Source of the DNA: Spirochaetia bacterium
GTDB lineage: Bacteria; Spirochaetota; Spirochaetia; UBA9216
Direction: 5' to 3'
Assembly (NCBI GenBank): GCA_963675665.1
Contig: OY776510.1
Span: 4,160,001 to 4,224,000 of the forward strand
Length of the DNA: 64,000 nt
Shown here: positions 56,042-64,000 of the stretch, in pieces
How positions within the stretch are numbered: the stretch's first letter is position 1
Layout: each line of letters opens with the position of its first letter
Notes under the pieces: model-generated
Told to the model about the DNA's origin: nothing
The model's input: only the letters and a program-made list of their open reading frames with translations
Database searches by the model: none
Translations under genes and position numbers: made by a program

Positions 56042-57211
56042 ATGAAAAAAATCAAGGCGTCTCTACTTTTATCCGTCCTCATTCCTTTTTCTGTATTCAG
56101 CGCCGATATATCGATACCTTCTCTTGAAATTGTAACCCACATGTATCCCGACAACGGATTGTTTGCGCTTCAGACACAAGGCTCTTTTGAGATGGCAGTT
56201 GAGGGCGGATACAAATTCGGCGGCAAACTTAAACTCGGTATTGACGATGCGGTTGTTGATGATATTTTCGGTACTAATACAGCTACTGTTGAAGATGTGG
56301 ACGGTAATGAAATAACCGTTTCCGATTTGTCAGGCGGCGGAGCAGGGCTTCCGGTTTTATCTTTTCAGGCTGCTGAGGTTACAATAAATGAGATTCTCAG
56401 CATACCGCTTTCATTTTCTTATTTTACCGGAATTATCGACGACTTCTGTACGGGAAGCATTTTCCATACATACTTCGGAACCAGTATAATTGCACCCAAA
56501 CTAAGCGGTTTTCTCTATTTTGGAGACGGAATAAACTATGACGGCCTGCATTCCGTTGCCGGAACAGGAGTTGCTTTTTCATCGACATTCGGTACAGACT
56601 GGAATTATACCAAAGCATATATTTATCAGGATGCATATCTCGGCACCGGATATTATTCATCTGATATAAGGTCTTCTTTTAATCTTGGAGATCTGAAACT
56701 TGAAGCATTTGTCGGGGCTTCTTTCCCTGTTTCTCAATACGGTATTTACCGGGGAGGATTGCTGTTATACTATAAAGCAAGCGATACGGGCAGTTTCTTT
56801 GCACAAGTGGGTATACCGCGTTATAATCCTGCTGCTGATACATTCGGCATTGATCTTTTTTATTTTCTTTTCGAACCGAGGCTCAGTTTCGGAATTTTTG
56901 GAGTGAACCTGTCTTTTTTCTGGCACCCTTCATATTATCATAATACACTTACCAATGAAGACGGCTCGATTGACCTGCTTGTGGATCTTGCAGTCGGTGA
57001 TATTGAAGTTTTTCCTGTAACCGGCGGATTGTCTTCACAACTTAAATACAATGCAATGTCTGCATCTGATCAGTTTTCAACCACTGTTTCACCCTATATG
57101 AGCATAGCGACATCAGGCGTGCTCTGGGATCTTAAACTTGATGTAAACATACTGCCTTTTAATATTGATACAATGTTTGAAGGATATATCGGTGTTAGGG
57201 CGGAGTTTTAA
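56042..57211 (+). CDS. Predicted outer-membrane beta-barrel protein
   Basis: Signal peptide, amphipathic aromatic-rich strands, and a C-terminal YIGVRAEF beta-signal. Confidence 0.7.
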   Translation: MKKIKASLLLSVLIPFSVFSADISIPSLEIVTHMYPDNGLFALQTQGSFEMAVEGGYKFGGKLKLGIDDAVVDDIFGTNTATVEDVDGNEITVSDLSGGGAGLPVLSFQAAEVTINEILSIPLSFSYFTGIIDDFCTGSIFHTYFGTSIIAPKLSGFLYFGDGINYDGLHSVAGTGVAFSSTFGTDWNYTKAYIYQDAYLGTGYYSSDIRSSFNLGDLKLEAFVGASFPVSQYGIYRGGLLLYYKASDTGSFFAQVGIPRYNPAADTFGIDLFYFLFEPRLSFGIFGVNLSFFWHPSYYHNTLTNEDGSIDLLVDLAVGDIEVFPVTGGLSSQLKYNAMSASDQFSTTVSPYMSIATSGVLWDLKLDVNILPFNIDTMFEGYIGVRAEF

Positions 57212-57212
57212 T

Positions 57213-58106
57213 ATGAAAAAAATTATTCTTATATTTGTGATTGTTTCAGCTGTCGCATTGCCTGCTTTTTCCGCTGAAACTGGCGGTAGTTTTACAATAG
57301 GAAACAACAATCTTACTGCATCACCTATGACAACAGCTGAGTTTCCAGGCAACGCATTCCCCTGGGGAGCATCGCTGTTCTGGAAAAAACCGGCAAACGA
57401 TATCTCAGGGATTGAGATAGGATTTTACAGAGATCCAATTCTGAAAAACCTTGGTTATACAAATTTTTATTACAATGATGAACTTTTCAACATAGAAGTG
57501 GGGCCTTTCTTCGGATTGTTCAATACAGCAGAGACTCTAATAAAATCAGGAATAGCTACATCGATGCGACTGAATATTCCCGGGTTTGCTTTCGCCCAAT
57601 TTGATACCCAGAGTACTATCGGCGGGCGCCTTGTTTCTGCAGGCGACTATATTCAGGAAGCCAATAATATTTCATTGGGATTCTATGTTTATAACGCTAT
57701 CTGTACAATTTTAATTGACACCAAAAGCTATACTTCCATAATTGCGTCAGGCTCTTCACAAACGGAAGATTTCACCGAATATGCATTTGTAGCAGATATC
57801 TTTCAGAAGAATGTGCCCTACACTGTTCAGCTGAAAATAGGGTATCAACAAAAAGTCCGTACTCTCGAAGCCGTAAGCATTGAAAGACTTAATTCCATAG
57901 TACTCGGAACGGATCTTAAGGTTTCTCCTTTTGAATTCCTTTCTGTTTTTCTTGGTATCGAAAGCTGTGTATATTCTTTCGGTTATCTTGAAGATTCTGC
58001 AGCAGGCACCAAAGAATTGATTACATTTTCCAAAGTATTCCCTGGAAATTTTTTATATAATGCAACAGTCGGGGTATCTTTGGATCTGGAAAATATCAAT
58101 AATTAA
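57213..58106 (+). CDS. Exported, probably beta-barrel, hypothetical protein
   Basis: ATG 57213 directly after the upstream stop. Signal peptide MKKIILIFVIVSAVALPAFS; ends YNATVGVSLDLENINN. Confidence 0.65.
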   Translation: MKKIILIFVIVSAVALPAFSAETGGSFTIGNNNLTASPMTTAEFPGNAFPWGASLFWKKPANDISGIEIGFYRDPILKNLGYTNFYYNDELFNIEVGPFFGLFNTAETLIKSGIATSMRLNIPGFAFAQFDTQSTIGGRLVSAGDYIQEANNISLGFYVYNAICTILIDTKSYTSIIASGSSQTEDFTEYAFVADIFQKNVPYTVQLKIGYQQKVRTLEAVSIERLNSIVLGTDLKVSPFEFLSVFLGIESCVYSFGYLEDSAAGTKELITFSKVFPGNFLYNATVGVSLDLENINN

Positions 58107-58128
58107 ATCTGCTTTAGGCAAAATTTTA

Positions 58129-58158
58129 GGGCTGCATTCAAAATGCAGCCCATTTTTT
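58129..58158 (+). terminator. Rho-independent terminator
   Basis: GGGCTGCATT-caa-AATGCAGCCC-ATTTTTT. Confidence 0.8.
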
Positions 58159-58164
58159 ATTTAG

Positions 58165-58215
58165 GGGACTTCTAAAAACTGCAGTTTTATAAAACTTTAG
58201 TTTTCGAAGTCTTCC
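58165..58215. mobile_element. Palindromic mini-element, copy 3 (51 bp, TTAG direct repeats)
   Basis: ttag-GGGACTTCTAAAAACTGCAGTTTTATAAAACTTTAGTTTTCGAAGTCTTCC-ttag. Confidence 0.6.
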
Positions 58216-58315
58216 TTAGATATACTGGATGTTTATTTATTGACTGATAAGGAAATAAATAAACTCCCGGAAACACAGAGTGTTTCAAAACTCTGATAAG
58301 CCCAATTTAGGGTTT

Positions 58316-59506
58316 TCAGCGGTTCCCTTTATATAAAACCGGTTTCTTTCTTGAATTAATATCAATCAATTCGGATGTCACAATGTCAGAACCGTCTTCC
58401 ATCTTGTAGCTTACAAGACCGCCCGGAACTGCATCAGAGAACCACCACAAAGCAACAAAGCCTGTATCATCTGTATATGAATATTCGGTTGTAATAAATG
58501 TTCCTGCTTCTACTATTATTTCAACATCCGGCCTTCCCTCTGCGCCGTAATCATCCCATGTCAGGTATTCCGCCTCCGGGTTGACTGCCGTATCTGCATC
58601 AAGAGAGATAATTTCGTTATCTTCCGTTTTATAAAAAACAGTTTCTACAATATCACTGTCGCCGGTGATATATTCATAATAAAATGATTCTTCATCATCA
58701 CTGTATTCAAGCCCCCACAGGCGTTTTCCGTCATCAAGTTCTGATAACAGCGCCTTTTCAACCGTATACGAAACCGTACCGCTTGAGTCGAAAGACGAAA
58801 TCCGGTGAACGCTGCTCTGCCCCGGCTTGTAGTTTCCGGGATAAAATCCGCCTGCAAAATGCGCGGAATAGTATAGTGTATAGAACTGCAGAAGATACGG
58901 CTGTACGGCAAAGCCTATTGTTGCATCCGGCATAGCCAAACTGATTCCCTTTACATCCGGGGTTTCTCCAAGCTTCAGCCTGACTGATATACCGCCCCCG
59001 GCATATCCGCCCCAGTAACTGCCGTAAAGACCTACAGCGAGGGAATCGGATATGAAATAATTCACCCCTGATTTCGCCGCAAATCCAAAACCTGAATCAC
59101 TCGTTATGAAGTCGAATTTTATACCGGCCTGTGCAAAGAAGTCTATTCTGCCTATGTATTCATCTCCGGGAATATCCAGGCCTCTGAAACCGGCATGAAA
59201 TGTTCCTGACAAGCCTGCTCCCAGTGAAAAATCACTCCCGGGCAACGGGATCCCCACCCGTCCTTTTGCGGCCGCACCTACATCAATAAAGGCAAATTCT
59301 CCCATAATGGGTTTCCATAACAGCATCTCCGCTTCCGGATAAACACTCAGTTGAGTTGATGAACCGCTTTTCTCAACAGCAACATCTCCTCCGAAACTTA
59401 AATTTCGTGTGCCGTACATAGATCCCCAGATAATTTCATCAGCGTAAAGCGTTCCTGCAACTGTAAAAGAGATTAATAAACAAAAAAATACGATAAATCT
59501 TTTCAT
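58316..59506 (-). CDS. Exported hypothetical protein: N-terminal beta-barrel-like region plus an acidic C-terminal domain
   Basis: Signal peptide, strands DFFAQAGIKFDF and GVNYFISDSLAVGL, C-terminal WWFSDAVPGGLV. Confidence 0.65.
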   Translation of the reverse strand: MKRFIVFFCLLISFTVAGTLYADEIIWGSMYGTRNLSFGGDVAVEKSGSSTQLSVYPEAEMLLWKPIMGEFAFIDVGAAAKGRVGIPLPGSDFSLGAGLSGTFHAGFRGLDIPGDEYIGRIDFFAQAGIKFDFITSDSGFGFAAKSGVNYFISDSLAVGLYGSYWGGYAGGGISVRLKLGETPDVKGISLAMPDATIGFAVQPYLLQFYTLYYSAHFAGGFYPGNYKPGQSSVHRISSFDSSGTVSYTVEKALLSELDDGKRLWGLEYSDDEESFYYEYITGDSDIVETVFYKTEDNEIISLDADTAVNPEAEYLTWDDYGAEGRPDVEIIVEAGTFITTEYSYTDDTGFVALWWFSDAVPGGLVSYKMEDGSDIVTSELIDINSRKKPVLYKGNR

Positions 59507-59623
59507 TTTTTTCCTCACATTATTATTTAATTTTTACCGTTTCATAATTATATAGCAACAATGGAATTTTTAACATCAAAAAATGAAGAGCTATGAGACC
59601 TGGTTTTCCTGTTTCTTAAATTT

Positions 59624-59658
59624 ATAAAGGGGATATCCGATAACTGTCGGATATCCCC
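59624..59658 (-). terminator. flaA terminator
   Basis: GGGGATATCCGA-N6-TCGGATATCCCC followed by TTTAT on the minus strand. Confidence 0.75.
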
Positions 59659-59684
59659 GGTTATAACATCGAAAGTTTCAGATT

Positions 59685-60638
59685 CTATTCTTCAGCTTCA
59701 GCGTGCATCAGCTGCTTTTCAATGTATCTGAGAACCTGCTTGTTGCCGAGTCTTTCATACTCAGCATTTCTTCTTGCTTCTTCCCTGTCTCCGAGAATGC
59801 CCCAGAGAGCTTCATCATCGATATCGGTCTGAAGGTTAAGAACTGCCTTATCATAAGTAAGGGTTATGTCCTTGATGTATGAAATAAAATCTCCACCTTC
59901 CTGGGCTGCGTCTTTATAGAAAACAATACCGCCGAGTTTGTAAAAGGGTGTAGCCTTCGGATACAGCGGGCTCTTTGAAAGTTCTCTGTCTCTTACGTCC
60001 TCAATATAGTTGGGATTATTCCATGTGATGGTTTTCCAGCCGTCAAAATCAAGATAACTCATGAAAATATTCTTTTCTACATGGTTCTGGTCAATAAGAA
60101 TAACACCAAAACCGTTAGGATAGTTTTTACCGAGAATGTTTATAGTTACACTCTTAAGTACGCCGATGTTCTTGATTACGCCGAAGCTGTCAAATTTAAT
60201 ACCCTGAGCATCCTGCTCGTCAGCTTTTTCAAAAGCGGGGATATCAAAGGGAGGTCTGATAATGGCCCATGAATTATAGGGCTCTTCCGGGAAATGGATT
60301 CTGGTCCCCATTACAGTCTCTCCGCCGTATCTGGTTGCGCCGTCTTTTACCGGTGCAGGAAGGACGTATGAAAACCTTCTGTTTGTAACAGTCTTTGCTG
60401 ATGATGCAAGTTCTACTTCCCAGTTTGCGATTGAAAGCGAGGTTTTCATGTATTCTTTTTCTTCATCCGTAAAGCCTGCTCCGGCTTTATCAGAGAAATC
60501 AATGAAAGTTGCTTCATTTTCACCGTCATCTCTATCAGCAGCAAGCTGCGCAAAATCTATAAGTACCGATTCTTCTGCAAAAACAGGAAATGCTGCCAAC
60601 ACCAGCACTATACAAAGAAGAATTCCGAAACGTTTCAT
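59685..60638 (-). CDS. flaA: Periplasmic flagellar filament sheath protein FlaA
   Basis: Signal peptide, SVLIDFA.L, SLSI.NWEVELASSA, G.RIHFP...NSWA.I.PPF.IP, L.FDGWK...W.NPNY. Confidence 0.95.
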   Translation of the reverse strand: MKRFGILLCIVLVLAAFPVFAEESVLIDFAQLAADRDDGENEATFIDFSDKAGAGFTDEEKEYMKTSLSIANWEVELASSAKTVTNRRFSYVLPAPVKDGATRYGGETVMGTRIHFPEEPYNSWAIIRPPFDIPAFEKADEQDAQGIKFDSFGVIKNIGVLKSVTINILGKNYPNGFGVILIDQNHVEKNIFMSYLDFDGWKTITWNNPNYIEDVRDRELSKSPLYPKATPFYKLGGIVFYKDAAQEGGDFISYIKDITLTYDKAVLNLQTDIDDEALWGILGDREEARRNAEYERLGNKQVLRYIEKQLMHAEAEE

Positions 60639-60676
60639 CTAATTGCTCCTTATCAAATTAATTGCTTGTATATAAA

Positions 60677-60704
60677 ATTATACGAACTGTAGACTGTTTG
60701 TCAA
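60677..60704 (-). promoter_or_regulatory. Consensus sigma70 promoter of flaA
   Basis: TTGACA-N16-TATAAT; the -35 box overlaps the stop of the upstream gene. Confidence 0.85.
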
Positions 60705-61198
60705 CGATTTTTATTTTTTTTCAACATTTCGCCGCCGCCTACAGCCGGTTCTCCGCCTATTGCCGTTTTCACCTCCTTTACCTCAGGAAAATTGAATACT
60801 ACCGCCTTTCCAACTGCTCCGATGATGTCTGTAATGCTCATTGGAACATACTCGGCAGTAGTGATCAGATTCTCTGAAAACCCGAGGTAAAGAGTGCCTT
60901 CATCAAACAGCAGACTTTCGAGTTTTACTTCCTGCGGAAAAAGCCTGTACAGATCTATTGAAACCGGACCGAGCAGTAATTCTTCGATATACAGCTCGAT
61001 ATTTCCTCCTGTTTCATCCCTCTCCGGCAGTCTTCTGAGCTCTCCGTGCAAGCTCTGACCCTCTTCATCAGGAAAAAAAAGAACCCTCTCAACTCTTCTG
61101 TCGGCATCAACTACCATAAAAACAAGAGCCAACAGAAAAAAAACTATCAAGAGGGACAGCAGAATTAAAAATTTCCTAGAAAAGCGCTTTATTCCCAT
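60701..61198 (-). CDS. GerMN-domain membrane-anchored protein
   Basis: One TM helix. LFFPD...GELR.LP, IEELLLGP...LFP..VKL, NFPEVKEV...IGG. Confidence 0.8.
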   Translation of the reverse strand: MGIKRFSRKFLILLSLLIVFFLLALVFMVVDADRRVERVLFFPDEEGQSLHGELRRLPERDETGGNIELYIEELLLGPVSIDLYRLFPQEVKLESLLFDEGTLYLGFSENLITTAEYVPMSITDIIGAVGKAVVFNFPEVKEVKTAIGGEPAVGGGEMLKKNKNR

Positions 61199-61200
61199 AA

Positions 61201-62235
61201 TTACTCTGAATACCCCCTGGTGCGTTCATAATCATTTATAAAATCGACTATTCCATTATAGATGCCCTTGCTCAGTTTCTTCAAGTACGGCGCTGAAGAT
61301 AAAAGAACAGCCTCTTCCTGGTTTGTGACAAAACCCAGTTCGATTAATACCGAAGGCATACGCGCTTTCCGAACAACAAACCAGGACTCTTCCTTGAGAC
61401 CGCGGTTATCAGTAATATTACCAATTTGTTCATCAAGCGAAACAAGAAGCTTTTCCCCGAGTAATACGCTTTCAACAGTAAACTCCTCTTCAAGCATTGT
61501 GTTCAGAATGGGTAGTACATCTGAATCAACATCATTAAAACTATCTAAATTTATCAAATCCCGCCGGTATTCAGGCGGGAGACACCAGACCTCAAATCCT
61601 TTTGCTTTTGTGTTAAATGAGGCATTTGCATGAATTGATATAAAGATCCTGGATTCATCATCGGCTAACTCTACGGAATTTGCGACTTCCGTCCTCTCAT
61701 CAAGCTCCGGATACCAATCATAGTTTCTTGTCAGTATTATTTTCTTGTCGGGGTAACGAGCCTCGAGTAGTTTTGCCGTTTCGAGGGCTGTCTGGAGAAC
61801 GACATCCTTTTCCATTAACGATTTCTTTTCGCCGTCCAGCATATAATAACCAATCGCGCCCGGGTCTTTTCCGCCGTGACCGGGATCAAGCACAATATAT
61901 CTTATACCCAATGAAGAGCCGGCATCCGCGGCAAAAAAAGCCGCAACATCAGCGGCCGTAGCGCTGTCAATCAGAAAATTTCCTTCTTCCGTTTTTTCCG
62001 TTTTCAGGTTCATCCTGATTTCATTCATATTAACTATATACCAGGAACAGCCTTCGGAAAAACGAACAACTGATCTGCCTTTTCTTAGTTCATAAAGACC
62101 TTTCCAGTAATCATAACGCAGTTCACAGCCGCAGTTTTCCGACAGCTGAAGAATATCAATAAACTGTTCTTCAGCGGCGGCACCGTGAGACAGAAAAAAT
62201 AAAAAAATCAGCAGTAAAACCGGAAAACGATTCAT
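61201..62235 (-). CDS. N-acetylmuramoyl-L-alanine amidase (Amidase_3)
   Basis: IVLDPGHGGKDPGA, EKDVVL, FISIHANAS, PSVLIELGFVTN. Confidence 0.95.
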   Translation of the reverse strand: MNRFPVLLLIFLFFLSHGAAAEEQFIDILQLSENCGCELRYDYWKGLYELRKGRSVVRFSEGCSWYIVNMNEIRMNLKTEKTEEGNFLIDSATAADVAAFFAADAGSSLGIRYIVLDPGHGGKDPGAIGYYMLDGEKKSLMEKDVVLQTALETAKLLEARYPDKKIILTRNYDWYPELDERTEVANSVELADDESRIFISIHANASFNTKAKGFEVWCLPPEYRRDLINLDSFNDVDSDVLPILNTMLEEEFTVESVLLGEKLLVSLDEQIGNITDNRGLKEESWFVVRKARMPSVLIELGFVTNQEEAVLLSSAPYLKKLSKGIYNGIVDFINDYERTRGYSE

Positions 62236-63775
62236 CTATAAGCTTCTCCGGTGATCTTTTCGGAGCTTTCAATAAACCAGACTCCCCCCTGAACTCCTCC
62301 GCGCAGAAAGGCTTTCCAGAACCCTGAATTTAAATCATTTTCCGTACATTCCGTCAGGTCAAATACTCTTCCAAGTGCCTGTTTTAACCCCAAACCGTGC
62401 CAGTCTACAGCTGCTTCATGCTCAATTTCCGGAAGAAGCGCGGAACCGCCTGCGTTAAGCTCTTCCATGACACGGATATCCGACGGCTGCGTAAGCACAA
62501 ATGCATCCGGAACCCAGCTGTATGTTTTCCCGCTAATAAAATCCCCGGTTTGCGAATCGCCCGGTTCAAGCCTGAAAAACAGCTTCCTGACCGCTTCTTC
62601 AGCTGCTGCTGAAGCACAGTCCCTGTCCTCAGCGGCTGATATGCAGTTCGCACATTTCTGAACGTTATTTACCGGAAAGGAAACCCTGTCTCCGGATGTA
62701 CCATAATGAAAACATCCTTTATATATTCCACCGATTCGGCATCTTTAATCTTTTCGACCGACTTAATCCGTCCCGGGATTGATAATGCCGCTCTTTCCGC
62801 TGAAACCAGGTTTTTTTCCGGTTTCAGCCTGCCGGGGTTTTTTCCCGCTGCGATGCGGATTGCGGACAGGGTAACATTGATTCCGCTGTGATACGGAAAG
62901 GTCCAGCCCGACATGAATCCGCCGGAAAGCCGGGCGGCAATTTCGCCTATCATGGGCCCTTTTGACGGTGAATACTTCATATCGCCTTTTGCGGCCCCCT
63001 GCTCTATTCCAAGCGCGGCAACACCGCGTTTGAATACTTCAATCACCCCGGCCTGTACGTCGCTGTCGTAAGCCGACGGCATTGTATGGCCCATTTCAAT
63101 AAAATACGGCGGAAAATAAATATGCCTGTCTGCAAATCCGCATATTGTTATTTCACCGTCGTAAACAAGCGCGTCGAGGCTGAATTCCGGACCGTCGATA
63201 AACTCCTCAACCAAAGCTTCCGAACTTCGAGAAGCGGCAAGCGCATTGGCCACTGCGGCTGTAACAGCTTCGCGATCTTCAATTCTTTCAATTTTAACAA
63301 CACCGCGGGCGCCCATACTGTCTACCGGTTTGATTACTACGGGAAAATCGAGGTTCTGACAGGCTTCAAATGCCTCTTCGGCGCTTCGTACCGGGTAAAA
63401 TGCAGGCGAAGGCACACCGGCCTCGGAAAAGGCCCTGCGCATCAATATTTTATTGCTTGCAGTCATTGCAGTCGTATAATCTATTCCGGGCAATCCTGCG
63501 GCCGTCGCCGCATAAGCAACAGTAGCGGAAAAATCCGTTCCAGCCGTAAATACCGCGGCAAGTTTCTCATTCTTCCTGAGCCGGACAGCTTCTTCAGCTA
63601 TCGCCCTGTGGTCCTTGAGATCAATCCTGCTGAACCCGTCCGCCAGGGGAATTCCCGGAGCCTCCGGATTGACATCGGCAACAAACACGCGGTACCCTTC
63701 TTTCCGGGCCGCCTTTATTGCCGGTATCTGCATTATACCCCCGCCAAGTATCAGTATTGATTCTCTGTTCAACAA
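62232..63775 (-). pseudogene. ATP-grasp domain protein interrupted by a 1-nt frameshift near 62692 (real lesion or assembly error)
   Basis: The main frame (ILILGGG, PVVIKPVDSMGARGV, EEFIDGPEFS, EIAARLSG) stops at 62669. The alternative frame runs without a stop from DRVSFPVNNVQKCANCIS to the stop at 62232. Confidence 0.8.
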
Positions 63776-63785
63776 TATTCTCCGT

Positions 63786-64000
63786 TTACTTCAGTTTTAC
63801 AGCATACACTTCAAACGTGTCGCCGAGCAAGAAAAACCGGCCTGAAAGACTGAAGATAAAATCAGCTGCCTTCCTTACAGGCGCCGGAAGCAAATCATAA
63901 AGATCTCTGCGCAGGAATCTTTCCGGATGAATTACCGGACATTCAATGCTTTTTACCCTGAATCCGTATCCGGACAGAAGCCTTTTTGCAGCTCCGGGGC
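63786..64000 (-). CDS. C-terminal end of a gene extending beyond the window (possibly a SAM-dependent methyltransferase)
   Basis: Open frame ...AKRLLSGYGFRVKSI...HPERF...LGDTFEVYAVKLK-stop, lying 10 nt upstream of the ATP-grasp start. Confidence 0.55.
   Translation of the reverse strand, partial: PGAAKRLLSGYGFRVKSIECPVIHPERFLRRDLYDLLPAPVRKAADFIFSLSGRFFLLGDTFEVYAVKLK

Noticed and set aside
62405-62653. 82-aa ORF as the continuation of the ATP-grasp gene
   Set aside because: Wrong frame. The plausible continuation is the frame ending at 62232.
1-64000. CRISPR array
   Set aside because: No regularly spaced direct repeats with unique spacers and no cas genes. The repeats present are dispersed palindromes or coding repeats.

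Overview
Chromosomal window from a free-living spirochaete (class Spirochaetia). The assignment is inferred from flaA, cheX, a CheW-CheR fusion, the amidase-GerMN-flaA order and the rpsF-ssb-rpsR-DUF2232-rplI-dnaB operon. From left to right the window holds: (1) large surface lipoproteins with Ig-like and LVIVD repeats, plus TPR proteins; (2) the rpsF...dnaB-comFB operon with an S6:S18-type leader; (3) a CsgG-like protein paired with an LVIVD lipoprotein; (4) a 2-oxoacid/acetoin dehydrogenase - crotonase - acyl-CoA dehydrogenase - ETF operon, in which the lipoyl domain sits on E3 rather than E2; (5) a split RluA locus, an MFS transporter and an RND efflux operon; (6) a TetR-linked ferredoxin / aldehyde:ferredoxin oxidoreductase (SCP2-like tail) / Fe-ADH operon near an HxxxDG acyltransferase; (7) a LacI and sugar-isomerase pair; (8) a complete class IIC group II intron inserted behind the terminator of tRNA-Val(GAC); (9) cheA-cheW/R-cheX-cheY, three outer-membrane-like genes, flaA, an amidase and a frameshifted ATP-grasp gene. 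The most unexplained signals are non-coding. One is three intercistronic triple-hairpin modules that share architecture and one hexaloop but have unrelated stem sequences. The other is three copies of a 36-51 bp palindromic mini-element, each flanked by a 4-bp direct repeat. All calls come from reading the sequence; no database searches were run.
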